Of a stretch of 64,000 nucleotides of DNA, positions 47,742 to 58,310 are shown in pieces; within the stretch, counting starts at the first letter, position 1; each line of letters opens with the position of its first letter. Location: the NCBI GenBank assembly GCA_026708565.1, contig JAPOUR010000005.1, positions 32,273 through 96,272 of the forward strand, written 5' to 3'. The DNA comes from Candidatus Dadabacteria bacterium (GTDB lineage: Bacteria; Desulfobacterota_D; UBA1144; Nemesobacterales; Mycalebacteriaceae). Under the pieces are notes generated by a model. That model saw only the letters and a program-made list of their open reading frames with translations. It ran no database searches and was not told where the DNA came from. A program made the translations under genes and the position numbers.

Positions 47742-49640
47742 ATGAAAAGCAGTGTCTTCAGGAGCATCTTTATCTGGTTGCTGATCTTTGTCGGATTGGT
47801 GGCCTTTTACCAATTCAAGGACTCAGCCGGAGAGAAACCGCTTCAGATTTCTTACGGAAACTTCCTCTCCTACCTTGAAGACGGAAAGATAAAAGAGGTG
47901 AAAATAAGCCTTGAAAGCGGCCTTGTGGAAGGCTCTTTCGCGGACGGCTTTCTGCCTCCCGCGCCGCCGGTTGACAAAGCCGATGACACCCCGCAAGCCA
48001 CCGGCGCGGAAGGGTTCAAAACCTTCGGCCCCGTGAGCGATGACTACCTGCTCAAAGCCCTCGTCAACAGCAAGACCCGCTTCAGTTACGAAAAAAGTTC
48101 AGGCAAAACACTTGGGCAGATACTGATAAGCTGGGGCCCCTTCCTGTTCCTGATAATGCTCATCTTCCTGTTTTTGCGCCAGATGCAGACCGGCGGCTCG
48201 CGCATGATGTCGTTCGGGAAAAACAAGGCAAGAATGCTGACCATGGACAAGAACAGAATAACATTCGGGGATGTGGCCGGAATTGAAGAGGCGAAGGAGG
48301 AAGTGAGGGAGATAGTGGAGTTTCTGAGAAACCCGTCCAAGTTCACCTCCATCGGCGGCAGGATTCCCAAGGGCGTGCTGCTTGTCGGCCCTCCGGGAAC
48401 GGGCAAAACCCTGCTTGCCAGAGCGATAGCGGGAGAGGCGAACGTTCCGTTCTTTCTGATAAGCGGGAGTGATTTTGTGGAGATGTTCGTGGGGGTGGGC
48501 GCTTCAAGGGTGAGAGACCTCTTTGCTCAGGCGAAAAAGAATTCTCCCTGCATAGTTTTTGTGGACGAAATTGATGCGGTCGGCAGGCACCGGGGGGCGG
48601 GGCTCGGCGGCGGGCACGATGAAAGAGAGCAGACCCTAAATCAGTTGCTTGTGGAGATGGACGGCTTTGAAAACAACAGGGGAACCATAGTGATGGCGGC
48701 GACCAACCGCCCTGACGTGCTTGACCCCGCGCTTTTGCGCCCCGGAAGATTTGACAGGCAGATAGCAGTCCCCCTGCCGGACCTCAAGGGACGCGAGGCC
48801 ATACTGAAAGTTCATTCGGGAAAGACGCCGCTTAAGGAGGATGTTGACCTCGCGGTCATAGCGCGTTCAACTCCCGGTTTTTCCGGAGCGGATTTGGAAA
48901 ACCTTGTCAACGAGTCCGCTCTTCGCGCGGCGCGGCGCGGCGTCAATGTGGTGTCAATGGAGGATTTTGAATACGCAAAAGACAAGGTCATGATGGGCTC
49001 GGAGCGCAAAAGCCTTGTCATCAGCGACAAAGAGCGCGAAATAACCGCGTATCACGAGGCGGGGCATGCGATTGTGGCAAAACTCACCCCCGGCACAGAC
49101 CCCATACACAAGGTGACCATCATCCCGCGCGGAATGGCCCTGGGGCTGACTCAGCAGATACCGGAGGAAGACAAATACACGCAGTCCCGGTCATACCTGA
49201 ACGCAATGATTATGGTTCTGCTCGGCGGACGGGCGGCGGAAGAGGTCATATTCGGAGAGCGCACAAGCGGAGCGGGCAATGACCTGAAACGGGTTACGGA
49301 GATAGCCAGAAAAATGGTGTGCGAATGGGGAATGAGTGAAAACATCGGCCCCATATCGCTTGCGAAAACCGATGAACAGGTTTTTCTCGGCAAGGAGTTT
49401 CAAAGAAGCGCGGAGCACAGCCAGCAGACGGCCGAGGAGATAGACAAAGAGATTAAAAACATAGTGGAGACAAATTATAAAAAGACCCTGAAGGTGGTCA
49501 GGGAAAACACCGACCTGCTCAAATCGGTGGCGCGGCGGCTGCTGAAGAAAGAGAGCATAGACGGAAAAGAAATTGACGAAATAATGGAGGCGGCGGACTT
49601 GTTCGCAAAGCATTTCAAAGTGGCGGGCGCCGGAACATGA
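47742..49640 (+). CDS. ftsH: ATP-dependent zinc metalloprotease FtsH
   Basis: N-terminal TM helices. AAA Walker [14 protein letters not shown] zinc site. Confidence 0.95.
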   Translation: MKSSVFRSIFIWLLIFVGLVAFYQFKDSAGEKPLQISYGNFLSYLEDGKIKEVKISLESGLVEGSFADGFLPPAPPVDKADDTPQATGAEGFKTFGPVSDDYLLKALVNSKTRFSYEKSSGKTLGQILISWGPFLFLIMLIFLFLRQMQTGGSRMMSFGKNKARMLTMDKNRITFGDVAGIEEAKEEVREIVEFLRNPSKFTSIGGRIPKGVLLVGPPGTGKTLLARAIAGEANVPFFLISGSDFVEMFVGVGASRVRDLFAQAKKNSPCIVFVDEIDAVGRHRGAGLGGGHDEREQTLNQLLVEMDGFENNRGTIVMAATNRPDVLDPALLRPGRFDRQIAVPLPDLKGREAILKVHSGKTPLKEDVDLAVIARSTPGFSGADLENLVNESALRAARRGVNVVSMEDFEYAKDKVMMGSERKSLVISDKEREITAYHEAGHAIVAKLTPGTDPIHKVTIIPRGMALGLTQQIPEEDKYTQSRSYLNAMIMVLLGGRAAEEVIFGERTSGAGNDLKRVTEIARKMVCEWGMSENIGPISLAKTDEQVFLGKEFQRSAEHSQQTAEEIDKEIKNIVETNYKKTLKVVRENTDLLKSVARRLLKKESIDGKEIDEIMEAADLFAKHFKVAGAGT

Positions 49641-50527
49641 CGGCGGGTGAAACAAGCGCGGCGCGGTTTCCTCAAGCGCCGGTTCTTAAGGTCAAAGGCA
49701 AAGTTTTACAAACCTCAAAGACCCTCGTAATGGGGGTTGTGAACCTGACTCCCGACTCATTTTTCCCTCAAAGCAGATTTGACGGAAACATTGAGGAAAC
49801 GGTTTCACGCATCGGGCGCATGTTTGATGAAGGGGCGGACATTGTGGACATCGGGGCGGAATCCACAAGGCCCGGCTCTCTTCCCGTGAGCGAAGAGGAG
49901 GAGACCGCGCGTCTCATGCCCGTTGTTGAGATGTGCGCGAAAAAATTTCCGGACGGCATCCTGTCCGTTGACACCACAAAAGCCGCAGTGGCGCGGCGGG
50001 CTCTGGAGGGCGGAGCGCGAATGATAAATGATATAAGCGGCCTCGCTTTTGAGCCTGAAATAGCGGGCATTGTGGCGGAAGCGGGAGGCGCGATAGTCCT
50101 TTCCCACACCTCCGGGCGGCCAGACATTATGCAGAGCAGAACCGAATACGGGTGCGTGGTGAGAGATGTGACGGACTGTCTGAAACTGTCGGCGCAAAAA
50201 GCCATAGAGGCCGGAGTGGGTGAAGAGTCCATAGTGATTGACCCGGGCATCGGGTTTGGGAAAACGTTCCGGCAGAACCTTGAAATACTGAACCGGCTTG
50301 ACGAGTTTGCCGCCCTCCCCCACCCCGTTCTTGTGGGAACTTCGCGCAAATCCTTCATCGGCGAGGCGCTTGGCGGGCTTCCCTCCGAAGAGCGGCTTGA
50401 GGGAACTGCGGCGACCGTGGCGGTGGCGGTTATGAAAGGCGCGTCCGTGGTGCGGGTGCACGATGTCAGGGAAATGGCGCGTGTGGCGAGAGTGGCGGAC
50501 GCGATAAAAAACAGGATGGCGGCATGA
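49637..50527 (+). CDS. folP: Dihydropteroate synthase
   Basis: Pterin-binding TIM-barrel motifs (DIGAESTRPG, INDISG). Confidence 0.9.
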   Translation: MTAGETSAARFPQAPVLKVKGKVLQTSKTLVMGVVNLTPDSFFPQSRFDGNIEETVSRIGRMFDEGADIVDIGAESTRPGSLPVSEEEETARLMPVVEMCAKKFPDGILSVDTTKAAVARRALEGGARMINDISGLAFEPEIAGIVAEAGGAIVLSHTSGRPDIMQSRTEYGCVVRDVTDCLKLSAQKAIEAGVGEESIVIDPGIGFGKTFRQNLEILNRLDEFAALPHPVLVGTSRKSFIGEALGGLPSEERLEGTAATVAVAVMKGASVVRVHDVREMARVARVADAIKNRMAA

Positions 50528-51339
50528 AAGAGATAACGGAGATTTTGTCACTGGATTTCTCCGGCGGCTTCGGCGTCGGAGACGCCGTTGACCTGCTTCT
50601 GGTCACGGTGATTATTTACAAACTCATATCCATTCTCCAGAGCAAACGCGCCATACAGATGATCATGGGGCTGTTTTTTATATTCGGCGTCTATCTGCTG
50701 TCGGGCAAACTGGGCATCTTCACAATCAACTGGATACTCGGCGAGTTCCTCAGCGCGATAATCATCATAATAGTGGTGCTGTTTCAGAACGACATAAGAA
50801 CGGCACTCGCCAGTATCGGGCGCGGTTCGCCGTTGAGGAAATTTTTCAAGCAGTCAAATTACAACGCGCAAACGGTGGATGAGGTGGTAAAGGCGGCAAA
50901 CTACCTTGCCAATAACAAAACGGGCGCCATAATCGCCATAGAAAGGGCGAATAGCCTCGGCGATTTTGCCGAGGGGGGAATAGTAATTGACGCATCCGTC
51001 TCCGCGGAAACCCTGATAAGCATATTCAACCCCGGCTCTCCCCTCCATGACGGGGGCGTGATAATCAGAGGCAACAAGATACACACCGCCGGATGTTTCT
51101 TCCCCATAGACACAAACCCGGAAATCCCCAATCATTTCGGAACGCGTCACCGCGCCGGATTCGGGCTGTCAAATGAAACTGATGCCGCCGTCATTGTAGT
51201 TTCCGAAGAAAGGGGGGAGATATCGCTCATGGTTCAGAACGAGCGGAATTTCGCAATAGACGCAACGGCGGTCAGGAGCGCGCTTATATCTCTTCTTGAC
51301 TCACAGGGCGCGGCGCGGGACAAGGAGAAAAGCAGTTGA
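50524..51339 (+). CDS. cdaA: Diadenylate cyclase CdaA
   Basis: N-terminal TM helices. DAC domain (DGAIII, RHRAGFG). Confidence 0.85.
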   Translation: MKEITEILSLDFSGGFGVGDAVDLLLVTVIIYKLISILQSKRAIQMIMGLFFIFGVYLLSGKLGIFTINWILGEFLSAIIIIIVVLFQNDIRTALASIGRGSPLRKFFKQSNYNAQTVDEVVKAANYLANNKTGAIIAIERANSLGDFAEGGIVIDASVSAETLISIFNPGSPLHDGGVIIRGNKIHTAGCFFPIDTNPEIPNHFGTRHRAGFGLSNETDAAVIVVSEERGEISLMVQNERNFAIDATAVRSALISLLDSQGAARDKEKSS

Positions 51340-52292
51340 TGTCCTCGGTAAGTGTTGGTCGGCTTGCCCTCTCATTCCTGCTTGCGGGCGCTCTGTGGTT
51401 TGTGGCAAACTACGAGTCCGATCTGGAAAAAGAGGTTGAGATACCCATCAACTACCTCAACCTGCCGGAAAATCTGATCATCAGCAACAAGCCCTACCTG
51501 CCCGTTTACGTAAAATTGAGAATAAAAGGAACGCGCAGTCAGGTCTCCTCCGTTCTGAAAACCAACGCCGCCATAAATGTAGACCTTCGGGATGAAAACA
51601 CCGGAACTTTCTCCCACAAGATAAGCCCCGAATCAGTCAGCCTTCCGAGAAATGTGCAGATAGTAAGAATAAGCCCCCGCGAGGTCAATCTGGACATAGA
51701 CACAATTCTTGAGAAATTCGTGCGCGTGAACCCCGACCTCGGCCAGCCCGCGCAGGGATATAAAATGGACGGCCCGGCAAAAGTCATACCCTCGGCGGTT
51801 AGAATCAGGGGCCCCCAGAAGGTCATACGGGACATCAGCGAGGTGGTAACAGTTCCCATTGAGGTGGAAAAAGAAAAATCAACCTTCTCTCTGGATGTGG
51901 GACTTGTGCTGCCGGATTCCCGTGTGGAATTCACGGAGAGCGAAACTGTGAAGGTAACGGTAAACATCATTGAGACAAACGTGGAAAAAACATTCCGCAG
52001 TCTTGAAGTGAAAATTGTAAACGCGCCCAAAAAAGACATTTATTCTCTGAAAAATAACACGGCGGACATTAAGTTTTACGGGCCGCGCTCCCTGATAAAC
52101 AGCCTTTACAGTGAAGACATCACAATATACGCCGATGTCCGCGCTGCGGGGGAAATAGAGAAAGGCGGCAGAAAAACCGTGCCTCTGGAATCAAAATACC
52201 CCCACGCTGAAAAGATACGGCTGATGGGCATCTCGCCTGAAAAAACCGTGATTACAAGACAGAAAACAACGGAAGGGGAAAAGGGAAAGTAA
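51336..52292 (+). CDS. cdaR: CdaA regulatory protein CdaR (YbbR-domain)
   Basis: TM anchor plus repeated YbbR-like domains. Sits in the conserved cdaA-cdaR-glmM position. Confidence 0.75.
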   Translation: MMSSVSVGRLALSFLLAGALWFVANYESDLEKEVEIPINYLNLPENLIISNKPYLPVYVKLRIKGTRSQVSSVLKTNAAINVDLRDENTGTFSHKISPESVSLPRNVQIVRISPREVNLDIDTILEKFVRVNPDLGQPAQGYKMDGPAKVIPSAVRIRGPQKVIRDISEVVTVPIEVEKEKSTFSLDVGLVLPDSRVEFTESETVKVTVNIIETNVEKTFRSLEVKIVNAPKKDIYSLKNNTADIKFYGPRSLINSLYSEDITIYADVRAAGEIEKGGRKTVPLESKYPHAEKIRLMGISPEKTVITRQKTTEGEKGK

Positions 52293-52309
52293 CAAGCGAA
52301 AGCGGAAAA

Positions 52310-53638
52310 CTGTTCGGCACGGACGGAATACGCGGGGTGTCCGGCGCTTTTCCGGTGAGCGCGGAAGGCGCAAGAAAGGTCGGCTTTGCAATTGCGGAAA
52401 TTCTGAAAAGAAACAAGCCCGCCCCTCTGGTGGCGGTGGGCAGAGACACGCGAAAGTGCGGAGCCGGTCTTCAAGATGAGATATGCCGGGGACTCACCGG
52501 CGCGGGAGCCCGGGTTGTTTGCGCCGGAATATGCCCCACGCCCGCCGTTGTGTCGCTCATTATTGAAAGCGGCGCGGATGCGGGAATCATGGTTTCGGCC
52601 TCTCACAATCCGCCGGAATACAACGGCTTCAAAGTGTTCAATTCAGACGGGCTGAAAATTCCGCAAGAGGCGGAGGCGGAGATAGAAAGCGAGTTTGAAA
52701 AACCCGGAGATTTGCCGCCGCCCCGAAACGGAGAGGAAAACGGGTTGTGGAAAACCGTTTACGGAGACGCGCTCGGCGGGTCCGCTCCGGAGGGGCGCGA
52801 CTTCTCCGGAATAAAAATTGCCCTTGACTGCGCAAACGGCGCCATGAGTGAAATCGCTCCGGAGATATTTGAAAAAACAGGGGCGGCTCTTTACACAATC
52901 GGTTGCGAGCCAGACGGCGATAATATCAACAGCGGCTGCGGTAGCCTGCAACCCGCCGCGCTGGGGCGGGAGGTCAGGCGGCGCGGCGCGGCTTTCGGCG
53001 CGGCCCTTGACGGAGACGGAGACAGAGTGTCATTCTGTTGCGAGAACGGGCGGGAGGTGGACGGCGACAAGATCATTGCCCTGTTTGCGGCGGCGATGGT
53101 TGAAAATCAAACGCTTAAAAAACCTTCCGTTGCCGCAACTGTGATGAGCAACAAAGGGCTTGAAATTTTTCTTGAAAACATGGGGCTGAAGATGGTGCGA
53201 ACCGCCGTGGGAGACAGAAATGTCGCCGATGCAATGAAAAAAGAGGGTTTAAATTTCGGCGGTGAAAAATCCGGACACCTGATATTTTCCGATTATTCAA
53301 CCGGCGGAGACGGGCTTCTCGCGGCTCTTCTCATGGCTGATATGGTCAAAGAAAAAAACAAACCGCTCTCTCTCATCCTGCCGGAGTTTGATCTTTTCCC
53401 TCAGGTTCTCAAGAATGTGCGTGTCCGGGAAAGAAAATCGTTTGATTCCATGCCGGGTCTCCGAGGTCTGGTTGCGGCAAGGGAAAAGAAACTTGGGAGG
53501 GCGGGAAGGATACACATCCGCTATTCGGGCACAGAGCCGCTTGCAAGAGTGCTGGTTGAAGGTGAAGATGAAAGCGCGGTCAACAGCGCCGCCGAAGAAA
53601 TAGCGGAGACCATAAAACGGGCGGAGGGCGCGCCGTGA
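52310..53638 (+). CDS. glmM: Phosphoglucosamine mutase (start codon uncertain/non-canonical)
   Basis: SASHNPPEYNGFK active site. The conserved N-terminus KLFGTDGIRG is encoded from the CTG at 52310, upstream of the first canonical start (GTG at 52337). Confidence 0.85.
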   Translation: MFGTDGIRGVSGAFPVSAEGARKVGFAIAEILKRNKPAPLVAVGRDTRKCGAGLQDEICRGLTGAGARVVCAGICPTPAVVSLIIESGADAGIMVSASHNPPEYNGFKVFNSDGLKIPQEAEAEIESEFEKPGDLPPPRNGEENGLWKTVYGDALGGSAPEGRDFSGIKIALDCANGAMSEIAPEIFEKTGAALYTIGCEPDGDNINSGCGSLQPAALGREVRRRGAAFGAALDGDGDRVSFCCENGREVDGDKIIALFAAAMVENQTLKKPSVAATVMSNKGLEIFLENMGLKMVRTAVGDRNVADAMKKEGLNFGGEKSGHLIFSDYSTGGDGLLAALLMADMVKEKNKPLSLILPEFDLFPQVLKNVRVRERKSFDSMPGLRGLVAAREKKLGRAGRIHIRYSGTEPLARVLVEGEDESAVNSAAEEIAETIKRAEGAP

Positions 53639-54360
53639 CGCTGTTGAATGTAAACATAGACCATGTGGCCACCCTGAGGCAGGCGCGGGGCGGAAGCGAG
53701 CCGGACCCGGTAAAGGCGGCTCTTGCCGCTGAAAAAGCGGGAGCGGCGGGCATAGTGGCGCATTTGCGGGAGGACAGAAGGCACATACTTGACGGCGACC
53801 TGTTTGAACTCCGGCGGCGCGTCTCCACCCGGCTTAATATGGAGATGGCGGCGACCGCCGAGATGACGGAGATTGCGCTGTCCGTTCTTCCCGACACGGC
53901 CACCCTTGTGCCGGAAAAGAGGGAGGAATTGACAACCGAAGGGGGGCTTGATGTTGCCGGAAACCGGCGGGCGGTGGCGGAAACGGTTTCCGCTCTGCAA
54001 GAAAAGAATGTGGCGGTCAGCCTTTTCATAGAGCCAAGTCCAAAGCAGGTGGAGGCGTCGGCTGATATCGGGGCGGATATGGTTGAAATCCACACGGGCG
54101 TGCTTGCAAATGCGTCTTCACAAAAAGATGCGGACAGGGAGATGCTGCTGATAAAGGACGCCGTTTCATCCGCGCTGTCTGCGGGCTTGTGTGTAGCCGC
54201 CGGGCACGGGCTTGACTACGGGAATGCGGGCGCGGTGGCGGGCATTAAGGGAATGGAAGAATTGAACATTGGTTATTCCATAGTTTGCAGGGCGGTTTTT
54301 GACGGTATGGAGAAAGCGGTGAGGGATATGGTGGCGGTCATGGGAGGGAAAACGGGTTGA
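53635..54360 (+). CDS. pdxJ: Pyridoxine 5'-phosphate synthase
   Basis: LNVNIDHVATLRQARGG N-terminus. Confidence 0.9.
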   Translation: MTLLNVNIDHVATLRQARGGSEPDPVKAALAAEKAGAAGIVAHLREDRRHILDGDLFELRRRVSTRLNMEMAATAEMTEIALSVLPDTATLVPEKREELTTEGGLDVAGNRRAVAETVSALQEKNVAVSLFIEPSPKQVEASADIGADMVEIHTGVLANASSQKDADREMLLIKDAVSSALSAGLCVAAGHGLDYGNAGAVAGIKGMEELNIGYSIVCRAVFDGMEKAVRDMVAVMGGKTG

Positions 54361-54731
54361 TACTTGGAATAGGCACGGACATAGTGGACAACGAAAGAAT
54401 AAATTCCGTTCTTTCAAAACACGGGCAAAGATTCATTAAAAAGGTTTTTTCAAGCCGTGAGGCGGAGCGGTTGCGGGGAGTCGGGAACACACAGCGGGCG
54501 GCGTCAACCTTTGCCGCAAAAGAGGCGCTGGTAAAGGCGCTCGGCACGGGTTTCAGATACGGCATCTCTTTTGGCGACATTGAAGTAGTCCGCGACCGGC
54601 ACGGAAAACCCCGCATCAATCTGTCCGGCAGGGCGGCGGGTTTCGCCCGGAAAATGGGAGTGAAGCGCATCCACCTGTCTCTCTCTCATGAAAAATCCCA
54701 CAGTGTGGCCGTTGTTCTTCTTGAATCCTGA
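54357..54731 (+). CDS. acpS: Holo-[acyl-carrier-protein] synthase
   Basis: ILGIGTDIV...FAAKEA. Confidence 0.85.
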   Translation: MILGIGTDIVDNERINSVLSKHGQRFIKKVFSSREAERLRGVGNTQRAASTFAAKEALVKALGTGFRYGISFGDIEVVRDRHGKPRINLSGRAAGFARKMGVKRIHLSLSHEKSHSVAVVLLES

Positions 54732-56025
54732 AACAGACCCTTTCAAGTATCTCAACTCGCTCGGACGGCACACTGTCAAGCCCGGACTTGAGAGAATATC
54801 ATCCATCATGAGCGCGGCGGACAATCCGCATTTACTGCAAAATTCCGTGCTGATAGCCGGAACAAACGGCAAAACATCGGTCGCCGCCATGCTTGCCAAA
54901 ATACTCTCCGGCGCGGGTCTCCGCACGGGCCTTTACACCTCCCCCCACCTGATAAAGGTGAATGAGAGAATAAGCGTTGACGGGATTCCGATAACAGACG
55001 CCGAATTTGCCGGTGCAATAAACGAAGCGCGGCGGGTTTCGCTTCTGGTCGGCGTTCAGCCGAGTTATTTTGAAATCCTGACTGTGGCGGCGTTTATTTT
55101 TTTCAAGGAAAGAAAAACCGATTTTGCCGTGCTTGAAACCGGAATGGGAGGAAGGTGGGACGCAACAAACATCTCGCGTCCGCTTGGGACGGCGATAACC
55201 AATGTTTCGCTTGACCACACCCGCTATCTGGGCGGCACTGTAGAGGAGATAGCGGCGGAGAAAGCGGGAATAGCAAAGCCGGAAACCCCTCTTGTAACGG
55301 CGGCTGAGGGCGGCGCGCTTGGTGTCATAGAAAAGATCTGTTCTGAAAAAAATGCTCCCGTTTCTGTAAACGGAAGGGATTTCAGATGTCGGCAAACGGG
55401 GAACGGGGAGTTTTCATACGGAGGACTTAAATGGGAGATTCACGGCATTCGCCCGGCGGCAAAAGGAATTTTCCGGGCGGAAAACATTGCGGTCGCCCTT
55501 GCGTGTGCCGAATCGCTTGAGGCGGCGGGCGGTTTCAACATAACGCCGGACGGGGCAAAGGAGGCGGTGGAGAGCGCCTTTGTCTCCGCAAGAATGGAGT
55601 ATCTGCGCCACTCCCCTCCCCTGATATTGGACGGAGCGCACAACGCCGCCGCCGCAGAACGTCTTGCGCGGTCAATAAGGGAGAGCCACGGGGAGGAAAA
55701 GTTTGTTTTTGTTGTGGCTATGTCTGATGACAAAGACCACCGGAGGTTTGTGGAGAATATCGCTCCAGTATGTTCGCGCCTTATATTCACAGGGACCGGA
55801 GGTGAAAAGTTTGTTGACCCTGAAAAATTGTTAAAACTCGCGCCCCCGCAAATCAGAGCGGAGGCGGTTTCGCCTCCCTTGTTTGCCATGGAAAAGGCGC
55901 TTCAAACATCACTTCCCTGTTGTTTGACGGGTTCGCTTTATTTCGCGGGAGAAGTAAAGAGGTTGATACACGAACATTCCGTCTCAATCCATCCCCAAAA
56001 ACTCGCACATCGCCGAAATCCTTGA
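54688..56025 (+). CDS. folC: Folylpolyglutamate synthase / dihydrofolate synthase (Mur ligase family)
   Basis: IAGTNGKTS P-loop. Mur ligase middle and C-terminal domains. Confidence 0.8.
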   Translation: MKNPTVWPLFFLNPETDPFKYLNSLGRHTVKPGLERISSIMSAADNPHLLQNSVLIAGTNGKTSVAAMLAKILSGAGLRTGLYTSPHLIKVNERISVDGIPITDAEFAGAINEARRVSLLVGVQPSYFEILTVAAFIFFKERKTDFAVLETGMGGRWDATNISRPLGTAITNVSLDHTRYLGGTVEEIAAEKAGIAKPETPLVTAAEGGALGVIEKICSEKNAPVSVNGRDFRCRQTGNGEFSYGGLKWEIHGIRPAAKGIFRAENIAVALACAESLEAAGGFNITPDGAKEAVESAFVSARMEYLRHSPPLILDGAHNAAAAERLARSIRESHGEEKFVFVVAMSDDKDHRRFVENIAPVCSRLIFTGTGGEKFVDPEKLLKLAPPQIRAEAVSPPLFAMEKALQTSLPCCLTGSLYFAGEVKRLIHEHSVSIHPQKLAHRRNP

Positions 56026-56745
56026 AAAACTTCTGTCCCCCACATGAGTCTTAAACTCGCTCTCGCCATATTTAGTGGTAATAACCGTCTTCGCCCTCGC
56101 CCCATGACGTTTTGAAACAATACTCTCAAGCACATTCCTCTCCCAATCCGTAATCTCCCTCCCGCCGGAGCCGACGCCGTCTATTACAAGCAACGGGATT
56201 TTGAAAAGCGGTTCAAGAACAACAAGTTCGGAAGTCCCCGCGCTCCTGTCTTTCAAGCGGAGAATCAAATCGCCAAAATCCTGAAAGAGACACCCCACCC
56301 CTTGTTTGAGCGTAAGTTCCGCCACCACCAAGGCGGCAAGATCACTCTTGCCGCACCCGGCGGAACCGCAAAGAACAAAACCTTGCCTTTCAGGATAGTG
56401 AGTTATAAAACCCTCCACATATTGGGCGGCGGCAATGTAGTTGTTCGTCACGCTACCGCCTTTCACCCTGGCGCCCGCCATTACTGCGGGAATCTGCGCC
56501 CGGTTGTATTTTTTCACATTGTCGCGCATATCTGAGCATGAGCGGCACGAAACCTTGGACTTGTAGCCATCCTTCTTTTCAATAAGAAACCCCCGCCCCC
56601 CGCAATCGCCGCAATCCCCGGCGCAACCACACACAACCGCGCGCGCAAACTCGCCTTTCCCGTCTATCCGATACTTCTTGCCGCCGCACTTGTTGCAACT
56701 GTCACCCATCGCCTTCCTCACCCGACAGGGAAAACAGCCCCTCAA
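55984..56745 (-). CDS. DnaC/DnaI-like AAA+ helicase-loader family ATPase with N-terminal Cys-rich zinc ribbon
   Basis: Walker A LCGSAGCGKSDLA. LLVIDGVG...TVITTKY resembles the DnaC box. N-terminal CxxC clusters. Confidence 0.55.
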   Translation of the reverse strand: MRGCFPCRVRKAMGDSCNKCGGKKYRIDGKGEFARAVVCGCAGDCGDCGGRGFLIEKKDGYKSKVSCRSCSDMRDNVKKYNRAQIPAVMAGARVKGGSVTNNYIAAAQYVEGFITHYPERQGFVLCGSAGCGKSDLAALVVAELTLKQGVGCLFQDFGDLILRLKDRSAGTSELVVLEPLFKIPLLVIDGVGSGGREITDWERNVLESIVSKRHGARAKTVITTKYGESEFKTHVGDRSFSRISAMCEFLGMD

Positions 56746-57358
56746 AACCGGCCTCCCTCATAACAAGATCATCCACACAGGCGGTCAGAACCTTTTGCTC
56801 TTCATCTTCATTGATAAACTTCCGCCCCGAAGAAAAAACCGTTTCACGCGCGGCGGACACAATACGCTCGCGGCGGGACGGCTCAAAAACAGCCATTAAA
56901 TCTTCACACATTTGCCTGCGCGTTTGCTTCAACAAATCCCACACATCCGGCGCTTCGGGAGTGGACTGCGAAAAGGTTTTATGCGCCGCCCTCAAACACT
57001 CCGCGATCTTCGGGTCGCGGGTTTGAGCAAGAACATTTGTCATATTCACTGAGACCGCCGAAAGAACGGAATGGACGCCCGCGCGCTCCGCCTGCCCGCC
57101 GGGGGCGACGGACGGAGAGCCGCCCGCCCGCTCTTCAACAAACCTGCTGCATGCGGAAATTCTCATCCTTTTCACCCCGCCGCCTTCAAACGCCTTTTTT
57201 ATGCCCGTCAGAACATCCTGCTTTGATATGCCGTCTCTCCGCCACTTCATAAGAAGATGCTCGTCTTCGGAGGAGATCATCGCCACCCTGCCCGCGAGGG
57301 CGCAGAAATAGTCAGTCACCTCGCGTATGTAACTGCTTTCAGAGTCCGTATCGCTCAT
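56702..57358 (-). CDS. Hypothetical protein (upstream partner of the DnaC-like ATPase)
   Basis: ORF with good codon usage, co-operonic with the ATPase. No motif recognised. Confidence 0.4.
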   Translation of the reverse strand: MSDTDSESSYIREVTDYFCALAGRVAMISSEDEHLLMKWRRDGISKQDVLTGIKKAFEGGGVKRMRISACSRFVEERAGGSPSVAPGGQAERAGVHSVLSAVSVNMTNVLAQTRDPKIAECLRAAHKTFSQSTPEAPDVWDLLKQTRRQMCEDLMAVFEPSRRERIVSAARETVFSSGRKFINEDEEQKVLTACVDDLVMREAGFEGLFSLSGEEGDG

Positions 57359-58035
57359 TGCGCCCGACCGCCCGCAAGTGATTTCATTTTCCGGACCGCC
57401 GCGCTTATGTCGGGCTTGCCGAATATGCCGGAGCCGCTCACAAGGGCGTCCGCGCCGGCGCTGAAAACCGCCCCGGCATTTTCAAGAGTTATGCCGCCGT
57501 CCACCTCAATGATTGGCGCGCCGTCAGAAGGCGGGCCCAATACGCCGCGCAACTCCCTTATCTTTCCGAGAGACGACTCTATGAAACTCTGCCCTGAGAA
57601 CCCCGGCTCAACCGACATCACAAGAAGAATATCCGCATATTGAATCATGCCGCCAATGCGGGAGACGGGCGTTGAAGGGTTGAAAGCCAGACCCGCTTTG
57701 AGGCCGAGGGAACGTATGTGAGAGAGAACCGGCGGCGCGTCTTCGCACGACTCAATCTGAACGGTGATGCCGTTTATCCGGTCTCCGCCCGCCTGCGCGA
57801 ATGCGTCTATCATGTTTTCGGGATTCTCTATCATAAGGTGAACATCCATCGGCGGGCAGTAGCCGGTCTTTGAAAGGGACGCCACAACCGGAACTCCTAT
57901 GCTTATATTGGGAACAAAACGCCCGTCCATAACATCCACATGTATCCAGTCCGCCCCTCCGTCCGCCGCAACGCGAACCTGCTCTCCGAGATTTGTGAAG
58001 TCGGCGGCGAGAATTGAGGGGGCGATAATGCTCAT
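57355..58035 (-). CDS. rpe: Ribulose-phosphate 3-epimerase
   Basis: IAPSILAADF...HVDVMDG. Confidence 0.9.
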   Translation of the reverse strand: MSIIAPSILAADFTNLGEQVRVAADGGADWIHVDVMDGRFVPNISIGVPVVASLSKTGYCPPMDVHLMIENPENMIDAFAQAGGDRINGITVQIESCEDAPPVLSHIRSLGLKAGLAFNPSTPVSRIGGMIQYADILLVMSVEPGFSGQSFIESSLGKIRELRGVLGPPSDGAPIIEVDGGITLENAGAVFSAGADALVSGSGIFGKPDISAAVRKMKSLAGGRAQ

Positions 58036-58104
58036 AATCCGTGTGAATTATACCACACCCCCGGTATGTGGACTTGCGCGGCGGTTGTGGTAGGATTGGC
58101 TGTT

Positions 58105-58305
58105 ATGAGCGAAAAAACAACCATACAGATTCTTCAAAACGGCCCCATCATTGTTTCGGGCGATTTTGAGTTGACCGGCGCTCCGGGCGCAAAAGTTGAA
58201 GGCGGGGAAAAATTGGCGCTGTGCAGATGCGGCGCTTCACAGACAAAGCCGTTTTGTGACGGAACTCATAAGAAAATAGGTTTCGTTGACGGCTCCGGAG
58301 AGTAA
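58105..58305 (+). CDS. CDGSH iron-sulfur domain protein
   Basis: CRCGASQTKPFCDGTH motif. Start at the MSEKTT ATG. Confidence 0.7.
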   Translation: MSEKTTIQILQNGPIIVSGDFELTGAPGAKVEGGEKLALCRCGASQTKPFCDGTHKKIGFVDGSGE

Positions 58306-58310
58306 CAGCC

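Noticed and set aside
49805-50551. 248-aa minus-strand ORF
   Set aside because: Antisense to folP.
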